Shown: one piece after another, positions 1 through 8,964 of the stretch
Numbering within the stretch: the stretch's first letter is position 1
Layout: each line of letters starts with the position of its first letter
From: Azolla caroliniana
Taxonomy: Eukaryota > Plantae > Polypodiophyta
Reading direction: 5' to 3'
Assembly (NCBI GenBank): GCA_043228905.1
Contig: JBHGNT010000848.1
Coordinates: 1 to 14,684, forward strand
DNA length: 14,684 nucleotides
Made by a program: the position numbers and the translations under genes
Notes under the pieces: generated by a model
What the model saw: the letters and a program-made list of their open reading frames with translations, nothing else
The model's database searches: none
What the model was told of the DNA's origin: nothing

Positions 1-41
1 ATGCGCGGGAAACGAAAAAGGGCGGCTCGAGGCAAAAGCCA

Positions 42-50
42 CTATATAAG
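42..50 (+). promoter_or_regulatory. Candidate TATA box upstream of the extra ORF
   Basis: CTATATAAG, matching the plant TATA consensus, ~140 bp upstream of ATG 186. Confidence 0.45.
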
Positions 51-185
51 ACACAGGCCTGCGAAGGACTTACTTTTTACGAATTTTCCTACACACAGGC
101 GCAGAAGCATAGAAGAGTGATCCGACGCACAACACGCACACAGCCCGATCCCGAACAACAGACAACAGAAGAAGAAGTCGAACCA

Positions 186-3074
186 ATGGCACTGTCGGAG
201 GAGGCACGCCAATGGATGAGGGAGAACAGGTTAAAAGGATTGTTGCGGATCGCCGACGCTCCACCACACGCAGAACCAGAGCAGGTGGCAGCATCGATTG
301 ATTTATCAGAAATCACGGAAGGAGCGGTGCAGGCGCTCACGGGGATAAAAGCAGGAGGACTTCAAACAATCGAAAACCCTTCAAGTGAAATCCTGTTCGA
401 ATATTTCGGTGAGTATTCTATCAGCGGCAAGGCGTACCGAACACAAGGCGGAGAGAACCTGTTGTTCGGAGAAGTGGCCCGCGCCATGATGGAATACGGA
501 TTCGTGAATCCTCGTCCCCCGGCCATAGCCAGGTACCGGGCAGCGTTCTTAATTGCAGCGTACGAAGGATTACAAGTGGACTGGCTCCACTTCATAACCG
601 AAGGATTGAAGGAGGCCATCAAGAACCTTGTGGAAGGAAAAAAGCCATGGGCCGGGATAGCACAATGGCTAACGGTGTTAGTCCCACCGGTGCTCCCCAT
701 CAAACAAAAGAAAAAAGGTCGGCAGGAGACGACGCCGAAAAAGGTCACAAAGCGCCGACATATCTTGGAGAAACACACCCCCAGATGGACCCAGGAAGAA
801 GCAGAACAGTGGGGGAAAGGACCATCCCGACAGCAACAGGAACCGGCAACAAAGGCAAAACCGGCAGGAAAAGGCAAAGGGAAATCGGCCGAGGAGGAAC
901 CGGTAGCGCTCAAACCAATCAATATAACGTTGAGACGGCCGGAACCAGAACCAGAGGTCTTTATACAAAAGGTCCGTCTGGTAGCCGCACCGGAGGAGGA
1001 AGCTGAAACAGAAGACTCATCCGAACCACTGGTAAGACTCCTAGCAAGACAAGGTAGGGAGAGACGGGCGAAAGGACCGGCTCCACCAGTTGACAAAACT
1101 CAGCAGAGGGCGCAAGGACCACCTCCAGTAGCCGAGGCGGAAGCAGTACCGGAACCCGTACCGAGGGAAGCAGCACCGACACCGGTTTTGCCAGACTTCA
1201 AAGAACCGGTCATCCCAGAGAAAAGGCCGGAAAAATAGCCTGAGTTAAGGAGTAGAAGTGAGCAAGGCTACTCCGACACAGGAAGCACAAAGCCACAATG
1301 GCTGAGATGGCTTTCGGAGCAGTTATCGGGAGTAGCGGACCAGTTAGAGGAAGAAGAAACGTGTAGGCAACATCTGACGCATACAACAACCCAGGAGTTG
1401 GTCGCGCTCCGAACACAAATCGAGGAATTGCAAGGGGAGCTGTTGCAGGCAAGGGAAGGAATTCAACAAGCACAAGTTGTCACTGAGCCGGTCGGGACAA
1501 CAAGGAAGCAACCAGAACCGGAACCGGAACCGGTAGCCTTGCAAACCGGCCCTGAGACCGAAAAAATAATAGAAACCTTACGAGAGTTAAAAGCTCAGAA
1601 GGCATTAAGGGAAAAAGAAAGGGAGCAGCGGAAAGCGGTGGAGGACGATAGACGGAAAATGGAAGAAGGCCTCCGGAAAGACCGAGCCACTAATGACCGA
1701 CTGCAAGAAGAAAAAGAGAAGCTGCAAAAGGAGAAGGACCGACTGCGTCGACATGCCGAGCAGGAAATAGAACGACTGCAGGAAGAACTCTGACAACAGA
1801 AGGACTGGGATGACCGGTTAAGAGCTCAGGCAAACCGACGCCTGAAGCAAAAGACGGAGGACTTCGACCGTCTCTACCGAGATCACAAGCAGGCCGAGTC
1901 GGACAACAAGAAACGGGCAGCAGACTACGACCGGCAAATAGAGAAGCTGAAAGAACAGCTCAAAGAGACCCGATTAGACCTGGCTAAGACAATGGATGAG
2001 GTCAGTGCCAAAAAGGAAGCATTGTCGGCGGAAATAACCCAAGCAACGGAGAGAAGGAAGGAATTAGAGGCGCTAAGGCGGGAAAAGCTGGACCTGACCA
2101 AGATCAGGAATGAAGAAAAGGAAAGATCGACCTTCACGATCAACAAACTGCAAAGTACCTATGAAAAGCAGAAAGCGGATTACGAGGCCCAGGCTCAGAT
2201 AATGGCTGACATTATAAAACGGGCAAGGAAGGAAAAGCAAGAAGCTTATGCGCATGCTAAGGCGGGGGTTGACCGGATCAAGCTCATCATGTCAGGTTGG
2301 AGTACCCGAGCTCAGGCAAGCATCAACGAAAGTACGGAAAAGCTATGGAAGGAGTGGTCACAACAGGCAGCCGAGCTGTAGACACTTCGAGCTGATGCCG
2401 AGAATCGGAGGAAGACCGGTGACAAGTTCTACAAGATGGATGAAGAAAGTATCGTCGCCATTCGGGAAGAATTGTCGGAGGATTTCTACGCTTTAGCGGA
2501 AGAACATCTCAAAGAAATCCGAGGGTTGGTAGAGAGGTTGGATGACGGGCAGCTCGCAACTCAGTTGGAGTTGGAGAAATACGAGCAGGACCGGTTACGA
2601 CAGGAAGCCAAGGGAAGAACGACGCCAATCACTATAAGTGAGGGAGAGCGACCGGCTGAAGTTGAACCAACCGACACCGAACAACCCCGACAAGGAATAC
2701 CCGAAGAAGAACTTCCGTTCGAAGGAAATCAAGAAGAGCAGGAGCAGACCGATGTCAGAGAAGAAGAAGAGCTGAGACCGGAAGACACCAGAGTAGAGGA
2801 AGAAGGCGTACCGAGCAGACCAGTCGAGACCGGAGAAAGCGACACTGGTAACAGAACAGAGCCGGGAACGGAGGGAGAACAGGAAGAACCCGGACGGAGC
2901 GGTGAGGAAGCACCGGCACCACAGAATCAAGCAGAGCCGGAGCAACAAATTTTTACGGAACAGCCAACCCAACCGGAGGTCTGAGACCAGGCAGGCAAGG
3001 AACAGGAATTGGAGGAAGAAGCACCACTTGACACCATCGAGCAGAGTGTGCTCGATATTTTGGAGGAAGAATGA
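186..3074 (+). pseudogene. Extra ORF of E1, ~960 codons from the first ATG: globular N-terminal domain, basic NLS-like patches, Pro/Glu-rich linker, long coiled coil, acidic tail
   Basis: ORF-track pieces 117-1238, 1398-1793, 1992-2381 and 2436-2984 share one frame and the gaps translate openly. Only stops: TAG 1236, TGA 1791, TAG 2379, TGA 2982, with the inferred terminal TGA at 3072-3074 (...SVLDILEEE*). First ATG at 186 (ccaATGGCa); the frame is open back to base 3. Confidence 0.85.
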
Positions 3075-3106
3075 GGCCGGGAGTGGATTCGAAGTGCAAG
3101 GCACTT

Positions 3107-3122
3107 TCCCACCGGCGTGCCA
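3107..3122 (-). other. Primer-binding-site-like motif complementary to a tRNA-Arg 3' end
   Basis: Minus strand reads TGGCACGCCGGTGGGA, 0-2 nt from the LTR end CAACA(CA); resembles the Tat/Ogre-type tRNA-Arg PBS TGGCACGCCC(A/G)GTGGGAC (recalled) with one base missing. Confidence 0.7.
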
Positions 3123-3124
3123 TG

Positions 3125-3519
3125 TGTTGACCGGTCAGAAGAGCAAGGACAAGTGGGAAGGCAGAGTCCGATCGGATAATAGGAAGTAAATAATAGTAGA
3201 ATTATTATTCGGAGGGACGGATCCGGTACAGTTGTATCGATCCAGATCCGGACCGATTCGGATGCCGGTTGCCTAAGCGCACCGATTGTAACCTTGCCGG
3301 ATGCCTATAAAAGGATCCGATGATTTGTAAAGGTTTTGGGGGACGAAAGTAATACAAATAGAATTATTGCGTGTTTATCTGTATCTCTGTATTGTTTTAC
3401 CGTCTGTGCTTAATTGTAATCATCTTACGCGTGTAACCTAGCATCTAATCCTTACCACCCCTTTGGAGGAGTGTCGGATAGACACCTGTGTTGAGGCTAG
3501 TCCGGCCAGGCAGACAACA
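3125..3519. repeat. LTR of E1 (~395 bp; may extend to 3123-3521)
   Basis: Termini TGTTG...CAACA (TGTGTTG...CAACACA if extended 2 bp each side); CCTATAAAAGG at 3304-3314 followed by a TG/T-rich R/U5-like tract on +. Partner LTR is not in the window. Confidence 0.65.
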
Positions 3520-3718
3520 CAATCGAACCCAATCCTTGCATGAATTTCTCTTAGAACCACAATGTGCACGTTTCATTGCAACATTCATTGGTAAAGTTCT
3601 TGAACATCGAGAGTCGCTACTCAGTTTCACATGTATTACGTCAAATGTAATATTTTTGGTATTACAAGATATTTGACCTTCAAAGGCAATAATAGAACCT
3701 ATCTATCTCTCTTGGGTT

Positions 3719-3867
3719 TGTCAAGAATAGTACTAAAGGCAGAGAGAATTAGTACTAGAGATGTAGAGAAGACAGAAAAGACTGTGTGAGGATCACGAAA
3801 GAGAGAGAGAGAGAGAGAGAGTGTGGAAGAGAGAAGTATGATACCAAGAAGTATATTATATGAAGAA
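3719..3867 (-). repeat. E2 3' LTR, distal (R/U5) fragment
   Basis: Minus strand: TATA-like ATATAATATA, CT-rich tract, terminus ...CTTGACA, the inverted complement (6/7) of the LTR start TGTCATG at 8137. No similarity to the E3 3' LTR. Confidence 0.75.
3801..3820. repeat. (GA)10 microsatellite within the E2 LTR
   Basis: Perfect GA repeat read directly. Confidence 0.95.
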
Positions 3868-4025
3868 GAGTTCGTGGACTCCCATGGTTTTCCCTATTCG
3901 GGTTTCCACGTAAAACATCTTGTGTATAGCACTTGTATTTTGCTTTCTGTTTTTCTGTTCATTCAAATCTTTGCACCCGCATGCGCTAGAGTATAAATCG
4001 GTTGTGGCCGGCTCCGATCTCAACA
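3868..4025 (+). repeat. E3 5' LTR, 5'-truncated (158 bp left)
   Basis: Aligns by eye to 7813-7971 with ~15 substitutions and 1 indel; ends CAACA. Confidence 0.92.
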
Positions 4026-4028
4026 AAC

Positions 4029-4040
4029 TGGTATGAGAGC
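4029..4040 (+). other. E3 PBS (tRNA-iMet)
   Basis: TGGTATGAGAGC versus canonical TGGTATCAGAGC (1 mismatch), 3 nt after the LTR. Confidence 0.92.
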
Positions 4041-4041
4041 G

Positions 4042-7000
4042 ATGGAAGACTCATTTGGCGGCATGTTCAAACTTACCGACTCCAACTATTCTGTGTGGAA
4101 GTCGAAGATGAGGGACATGTTGGTGTGCAAAGATTGATGGTTGTCGATCCAATATGGGAAGACCAAGCCTAATAAGATCAATGCATCGACTTGGGAAGTC
4201 ATGCATTTGAAGGCACCAGTGTATATAAGGTGTTTTATAGACATGAGACTATACAACAACTTTAATGAAGAGAACAAAGCAGATGTTCTTTGGGAGAAGA
4301 TCGGCATTATGTTCAAGAACAAGAATGTCGTCAACAGAGTCTTAGTGTTCTGGAAAATAGTGAGACTCCGGTATCAAGATGGCTCCAACATGGCGGAGCA
4401 TCTAAATGCCTTCCAAGGACTAATAAACCAAACCACCTCTTTGGAAGTACCTCTAGCCAACGAGGTACTAGCGTTATTATTGTTGGGATTCCTTCCGGAC
4501 AGTTGGGAGACACTTGTTGTCACACTAGGTAATGCCGAACTAGAAGGGAAACACTTATCCCTAGAGAAGGTGAAGTCAAGCTTGCTGAATGAGGAAGCTC
4601 GTAGGAAAGATAGAGAGGCAATTTCCGACCCAAAGGCCTTAGTCACCGAAAGTGACACAAATCGGGGAAGAGGCTGAAACAGAAGTCCCCAAAACCGGGA
4701 AAAGTTGGGGACTAGGTCAAAGTCAAGGGGGAGGCCCACATGCTTCAATTGTGTGAAACCAGGGCACTTCTAGAAAAAATTGCCGACACTATCTGGAAAA
4801 AGGGGGAGCTGACGGTGTTCAACTGAAGAAGATTTCGGAGAGGAAGAACACCTCGGCGATTGCGACAAGTGAGGAGTAACTATTGTTGATCAACAAGCAG
4901 AAAGAACTAAATCATGTCGACGATGAATCAACATGGGTGGTCGATTTGGGTGTGTCGTTTCACCTAACCCCTGACCGAAAGTGCTTCTCATCGTACAAGG
5001 CCGGAGACCATGGTCTTGTAAAGATGGGAAATGATGGAGCATGCCAAATTGTCAGTATAGGAGATGTGTGTCTGGTGACGTCGACTGGGTGTCGACTAGT
5101 GTTGAAGGATGTCCGACATGTTCCGGAAGTTCGACTAAATCTGATATCAGCTGGTCGGTTGGATGACGAAGGCTACATAGGTAGCATCTGGAACGACGTC
5201 ATGAAGTTCTGCAAAAGGAGCCTGATTGTGGATCGAGCCCGGAAAACCAACACACTATATCTAATGCATGCCCGAATATGTCGGGAGGAAGTGAACGTGG
5301 CAGCTGACACTGCCAGTGAGCTATGGCACAAGAGGTCGTGTCACATGAGTGAGAAGGGGATGCAGAAACTTGTCGATGATAACCTCATTCCAAAGGTGAA
5401 GAATGTGCAACTTGAGAAGTGCACCAATTGCTTGGCTGGCAACCAGAACATAACCTCCTTCCAAACTAGGCCCCTAACAAGGAAGAGAATGCCGCAGGAA
5501 CTCATGCATACTGATGTATGCTAGGTAGACACTAAGACGCATGTCGGTTCACAATATTTTGTAACCTTCATTGACGACTGTAGTCGGAAGTTTTGGGCTT
5601 CTGTCTTGAAGACCAAGGACCTGGTATTGTCGGTCTTCAAGGAGTTCCAAGCAAGAGTCAAAAGAGAGACCGACCGACAACTTAAAGCAGTTTGAGTGGA
5701 TAACGGAGGAGAGTAACGAGGACAGTTCGAAGAGAATTGTCGATTGAAGGGAATCTGACTCGAGTATACCATGCTGAAAATGCCAGAACTCAACGGGCTA
5801 GTTGAGAGGATGAATCAGACCATCATGGAGAGAGTCTGAAGTATGTTAGCACATGCCAAGTTGTCCAAGAAGTTTTGGGTTGAGGCGTCGATGACAACAG
5901 TGGATGTGATAAATAGATCACCCTCAACACCCTTGGACGGAGATGTTCCACAAAGGGTGTGGACCGGCAAAGATGTATCATGCCGACATCTAAATGTGTT
6001 CGGTTATCTTGCCTATGTGCATGTGGCTAAGGACCAAAGGGGAAAACTAGATTCGAAATCTCGGCCATGCATATTTCTGGGATACAACAACAACGAATTC
6101 GGCTAGCAACTATGGGACTTAGTCGACAAGAAGATCATTCAGAGCTAAGGCATAGTCTTCATGGAGGAGAAGACTTATTGTCGACTGGGAGAAAGAGAAG
6201 TCTGATACGTCCTCCCGACCAATCAGAAGTCAAACACCGACTGAAGAACTAGAGGAGTCGCCCAAATTCAGAGTCGGACGCGAAATCAGGTTGGCCGAGG
6301 AGAGAGTCGACAAAGTCAAGAACTGACTAAGGAATAGGAGGAACCAGTCAAAAGAAGACAGTCGACCAAACATAGATCCGATTCCGAGTCAGATGAAGAG
6401 CCGACCAAAGAAGTCGAATAAGAGGTTCGACGGAGGAGACTTCATGATTCTCCTGTTGTACGTGGACAACATGGTGATAGTCGGACATGACCATATCAAG
6501 ATCTGAACGCTGAAGAAGGCTTTGAACAAGTCATTCTCAATGAAGGGTATGGGTTTGGTAAGACAAATTTTGGGGATGCACATTGTCCGGAACCGGACAA
6601 AGAAGTTATTGTGGCTATCACAAGAAAAATATGTGACAAAGGTGCTCCAAAGATTCGGCATGGAAAGTGCTAAACCGGTTGGTTTGACACACCCGATGAA
6701 CAACAAGCTATCCGGGACACAATGTCCAAAGACGAAGACTGAGAAAGCTGAGATGCCTTACACCTTAGTAGTCAGAAGCCTGATGTACACGATGCTATGT
6801 AGTAGGCTAGACATTGGATACGTAGTCAGAGTCGTCAACCGATTCATGAGCAATCCAAGAAGAGAGCATTTGGCCATGGTCAAATGGATACTCCAATACA
6901 TGAGAGGCACCTCGAGCATGTGTCTCCGAGTCGGCTTGGGTAATCCCATGTTAGAAGGTTTTACCGACTCGAACATGTCGGCTGATGTAGATACCAGTCA

Positions 7001-7427
7001 GTCCACATCCGGGTATGTTTTGACTTATGCAGGGGGAGCCATCGTGTGGTAGTCGAGGCTTCAGAAGTCCATGGAGTTGCTGACCACGAACGTCGAGTGT
7101 ATGGCAGTTGTAGAAGCCGGCAAGGAGATAACCTAGATGAAGGAGTTTATTGGGGAGTTGGGGATTCGGCGGGAAGAATTCCGACTCTACTGCGACAACC
7201 AAAGTTCCATCCACCTTGCGAAAAATGTCGCCTACCACTCAAGGAAAAAGAACATCCAATAGAGATACCATTGGCTCTAGGAGAGGGTAGAAGAGAAGGA
7301 GTTTTCTCTAGTGAAGGTGCACACAATGGAGAACAGATCAGACATGCTAACAAAAGTACTGTCGGCGGAGAAGTTGGACGCGTGTCAAAGACAGATCAGA
7401 TTGACAAAGCACCCCATGCCGGAGTGA
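4042..7427 (+). pseudogene. gag-pol: E3 gag-pol polyprotein pseudogene (many stops, frameshifts, RT deletion)
   Basis: MEDSFGGMFKLTDSNYSVWKSKMRDML start right after the PBS; LPDSWETLV; Zn knuckle CFNCVKPGHF at 4741; protease WVVDLGVSFH; LWHKRSCHMSEKG; integrase MHTDVC / DNGGE / NGLVERMN; RT LLYVDN; RNase H GFTDSNM, YCDNQSSIHLAKN, DMLTK. Confidence 0.93.
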
Positions 7428-7435
7428 AGGGGGAG
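7426..7435 (+). other. E3 polypurine tract
   Basis: GAAGGGGGAG overlapping the pol stop, 2 nt before the LTR. Confidence 0.88.
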
Positions 7436-7437
7436 TT

Positions 7438-7971
7438 TATTAGGAAACAGGTCCCTCTGAATAGGAAGGAGAGCACGAGCCGGATCAGTCGGATTTGAAG
7501 GAAAGACAAAGACAAGAACCGGATCTGGATCGGTGTCCAGATAGGCATCTGGAAACAGCCACATTTGTATATAGGTTTTGTGTTACGCCTATTTAGGCTA
7601 GATTTATAAATAAGCCCGAATGTTATATGAGTATAGATATAACTACAACAAAACATTATAGTGTTGTTCATATTGTAAATGTGAGTGAGAGAGTGTGTGT
7701 GAGATGCAAAGCATCTCTGTTGCAGCCATCTATAGGCGAAGAAGACGAACTCAAGGTTGGTGCTTGTGAGTTCTCTTGTTGTATTTCTCTCTTACCATAG
7801 TGAAATAGTTCGGAGTCTGTGGACTCTCGTGGTTTTCCCTATTAGGGTTTCCACGTAAAACATCTTGTGTCATAGCACTTGTATTTTGCTCTCTGTTTTT
7901 CTGTTCATTCAAATCTTTGCACCCTCATAAGCTAGAGTATAAACCGGTTGTGGTCAGCTTCAATTTCAACA
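7438..7971 (+). repeat. E3 3' LTR (~534 bp)
   Basis: Begins TATTAGG (TG presumably mutated to TA) after the PPT, ends CAACA; last 159 bp match the 5' LTR remnant. Confidence 0.85.
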
Positions 7972-8137
7972 GTTTCTAGAATGTTCTAGAGTAATCTAGA
8001 ATAGACATAATTTTCTGTAATGAAATAACAAATGAAAATAATATCTTTCTTATTACAATTGTTATCCTAGTGATATGGCCTCAACATGTGTAGCATACGG
8101 TTAACGGTTCAATTCCTTTTGGGGCCATATCATGACA
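7972..8137 (-). repeat. E2 3' LTR, proximal (U3) fragment
   Basis: Minus strand starts TGTCATGATATGGCC three nt after the PPT. Confidence 0.82.
7974..8001. promoter_or_regulatory. Heat-shock-element-like array in the E2 U3
   Basis: TTCtaGAAtgTTCtaGAGtaATCtaGAA: six alternating nGAAn units, four perfect. Confidence 0.55.
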
Positions 8138-8140
8138 TTA

Positions 8141-8152
8141 TCTCCCCCCTTT
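8141..8152 (-). other. E2 polypurine tract
   Basis: Minus-strand purine run (AAA, G-run, AGA) followed by TAA and then TGTCATG. Confidence 0.88.
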
Positions 8153-8199
8153 GAACAACGAGTTTTATTAGTCTTCTTTGACTAAGAACCTGATTTATC

Positions 8200-8361
8200 T
8201 GGATACTACCAATGGAAATCCTCAAGAAGTGCTCAAGCGTTTGCCACATTTTCGACTAGTTCCCAAGTACGATCGCTTGGACTATATCCTAACCAATCCA
8301 CCAAATAATAGAGCTTATTACGAACTATCTTGGAATCGAGGATGGCAACAAAATCATACTC
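8200..8361 (-). other. Group I chromodomain at the integrase C-terminus
   Basis: Hand translation: EYDFVAILDSKIVRNKLYYLVDWLGYSPSDRTWELVENVANA*ALLEDFHW*YP, preceded by PPPPPIELEDEP. Confidence 0.9.
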
Positions 8362-8938
8362 AGGTTCATCTTCAAGTTCGATTGGAGGCGGAGGTGGTGT
8401 AGTACGATTTAGAATAGAGCTTTTCTAACATGGTTCTAGGAGAGAACTATGAAATGCCGGATGTATCTATAAATGTGAAGGTAGATCAAGGTGAAAGGTG
8501 ACATCATTCATTTTTCCATTAATAATAAAACGGCCTAGCCTTTGATAATCCAATTTGGGACATGGTCAGGTTGTCTCTATGTGCCGTCAAAATAACCATA
8601 CTCGATCTCCAATGTCGAAACAGAATGGAAGCGGATATTGATCTACATAGTCCTTCTTTGTTGGGCTAGAATCTTGCGTAGTTGCTCCAAATGATCTAGT
8701 GCACTAGGATTTGTGGGTAATTCGGGAGTTTCAAATAAACACCAGCGAGGATGATAGCCTATATACACATAGAATGGTGTCACCCTAGTAGAGGAGTGGA
8801 TAGAGTTATTATATGCAAATTTGGCAAAGTGTAATATATCTGCCCAATCATCTTGTTGATAGCTTATGAAACCCCGAAGATACTGCTCTAGTGTTTGATT
8901 TGTACGTTTTGCTTGTCCATCCGTTTGGGGATGGTAGT

Positions 8939-8964
8939 GGTCACAACATAGTGTGTCCATGACA
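8939..8964 (-). mobile_element. 26-bp LTR-ended micro-insertion with 5-bp target-site duplication
   Basis: Minus: ACTAC-TGTCATGGACACACTATGTTGTGACC-ACTAC. Removing the insert plus one repeat restores the frame and LSSDYHPQTDGQ. Confidence 0.8.

Larger units (their letters stand above)
1..3521. mobile_element. E1: terminal part of an LTR retrotransposon (probably non-chromovirus Ty3/Gypsy, Tat/Ogre-like PBS) carrying a large extra ORF; orientation unresolved; continues beyond the left edge
   Basis: LTR-like block with TG...CA inverted termini (3123/3125-3519/3521), adjacent tRNA-complementary motif (3107-3122) and a long decayed ORF. No gag/pol motifs in the window, so the lineage is inferred from the PBS type only. 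Confidence 0.65.
3868..7971 (+). mobile_element. E3: decayed Ty1/Copia retrotransposon (Tto1/Tork-like) inserted in the E2 LTR
   Basis: LTR pair, iMet PBS, gag-PR-INT-RT-RNase H order, PPT. Confidence 0.93.

Noticed and set aside
1510-1535. GAACCG short repeats as a CRISPR or regulatory array
   Set aside because: They encode PEPEPEP low-complexity protein; no spacers.
1236-2984. Programmed readthrough, alternative genetic code, U-to-C editing or fungal RIP explaining the stops
   Set aside because: Mixed TAG/TGA at scattered sites, also inside conserved Copia domains. CG/CHG deamination is simpler, U-to-C editing is organellar, and the sequence lacks RIP-like AT enrichment.
186-3074. env gene or host myosin/SMC gene
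   Set aside because: No signal peptide, transmembrane helix, ATPase motifs or introns; coiled-coil similarity alone is uninformative.
3083-3122. tRNA gene or tRNA-derived SINE
   Set aside because: Only T-arm and acceptor 3' parts resemble tRNA; no D or anticodon arm or A-box, and encoded CCA next to an LTR fits a priming site.
3211-3240. GGAGGGACGGA as PPT with an LTR starting TGTATCG at 3233 and ending TAGACA at 3484
   Set aside because: 11-nt gap to the TG, interrupted purine run and poor terminal inverted repeat; 3125-3519 gives better termini. Not fully excluded.
7046-7498. 150-aa ORF at the E3 3' end as an extra gene
   Set aside because: Off-frame overlap of the decayed RNase H, which reads in another frame.
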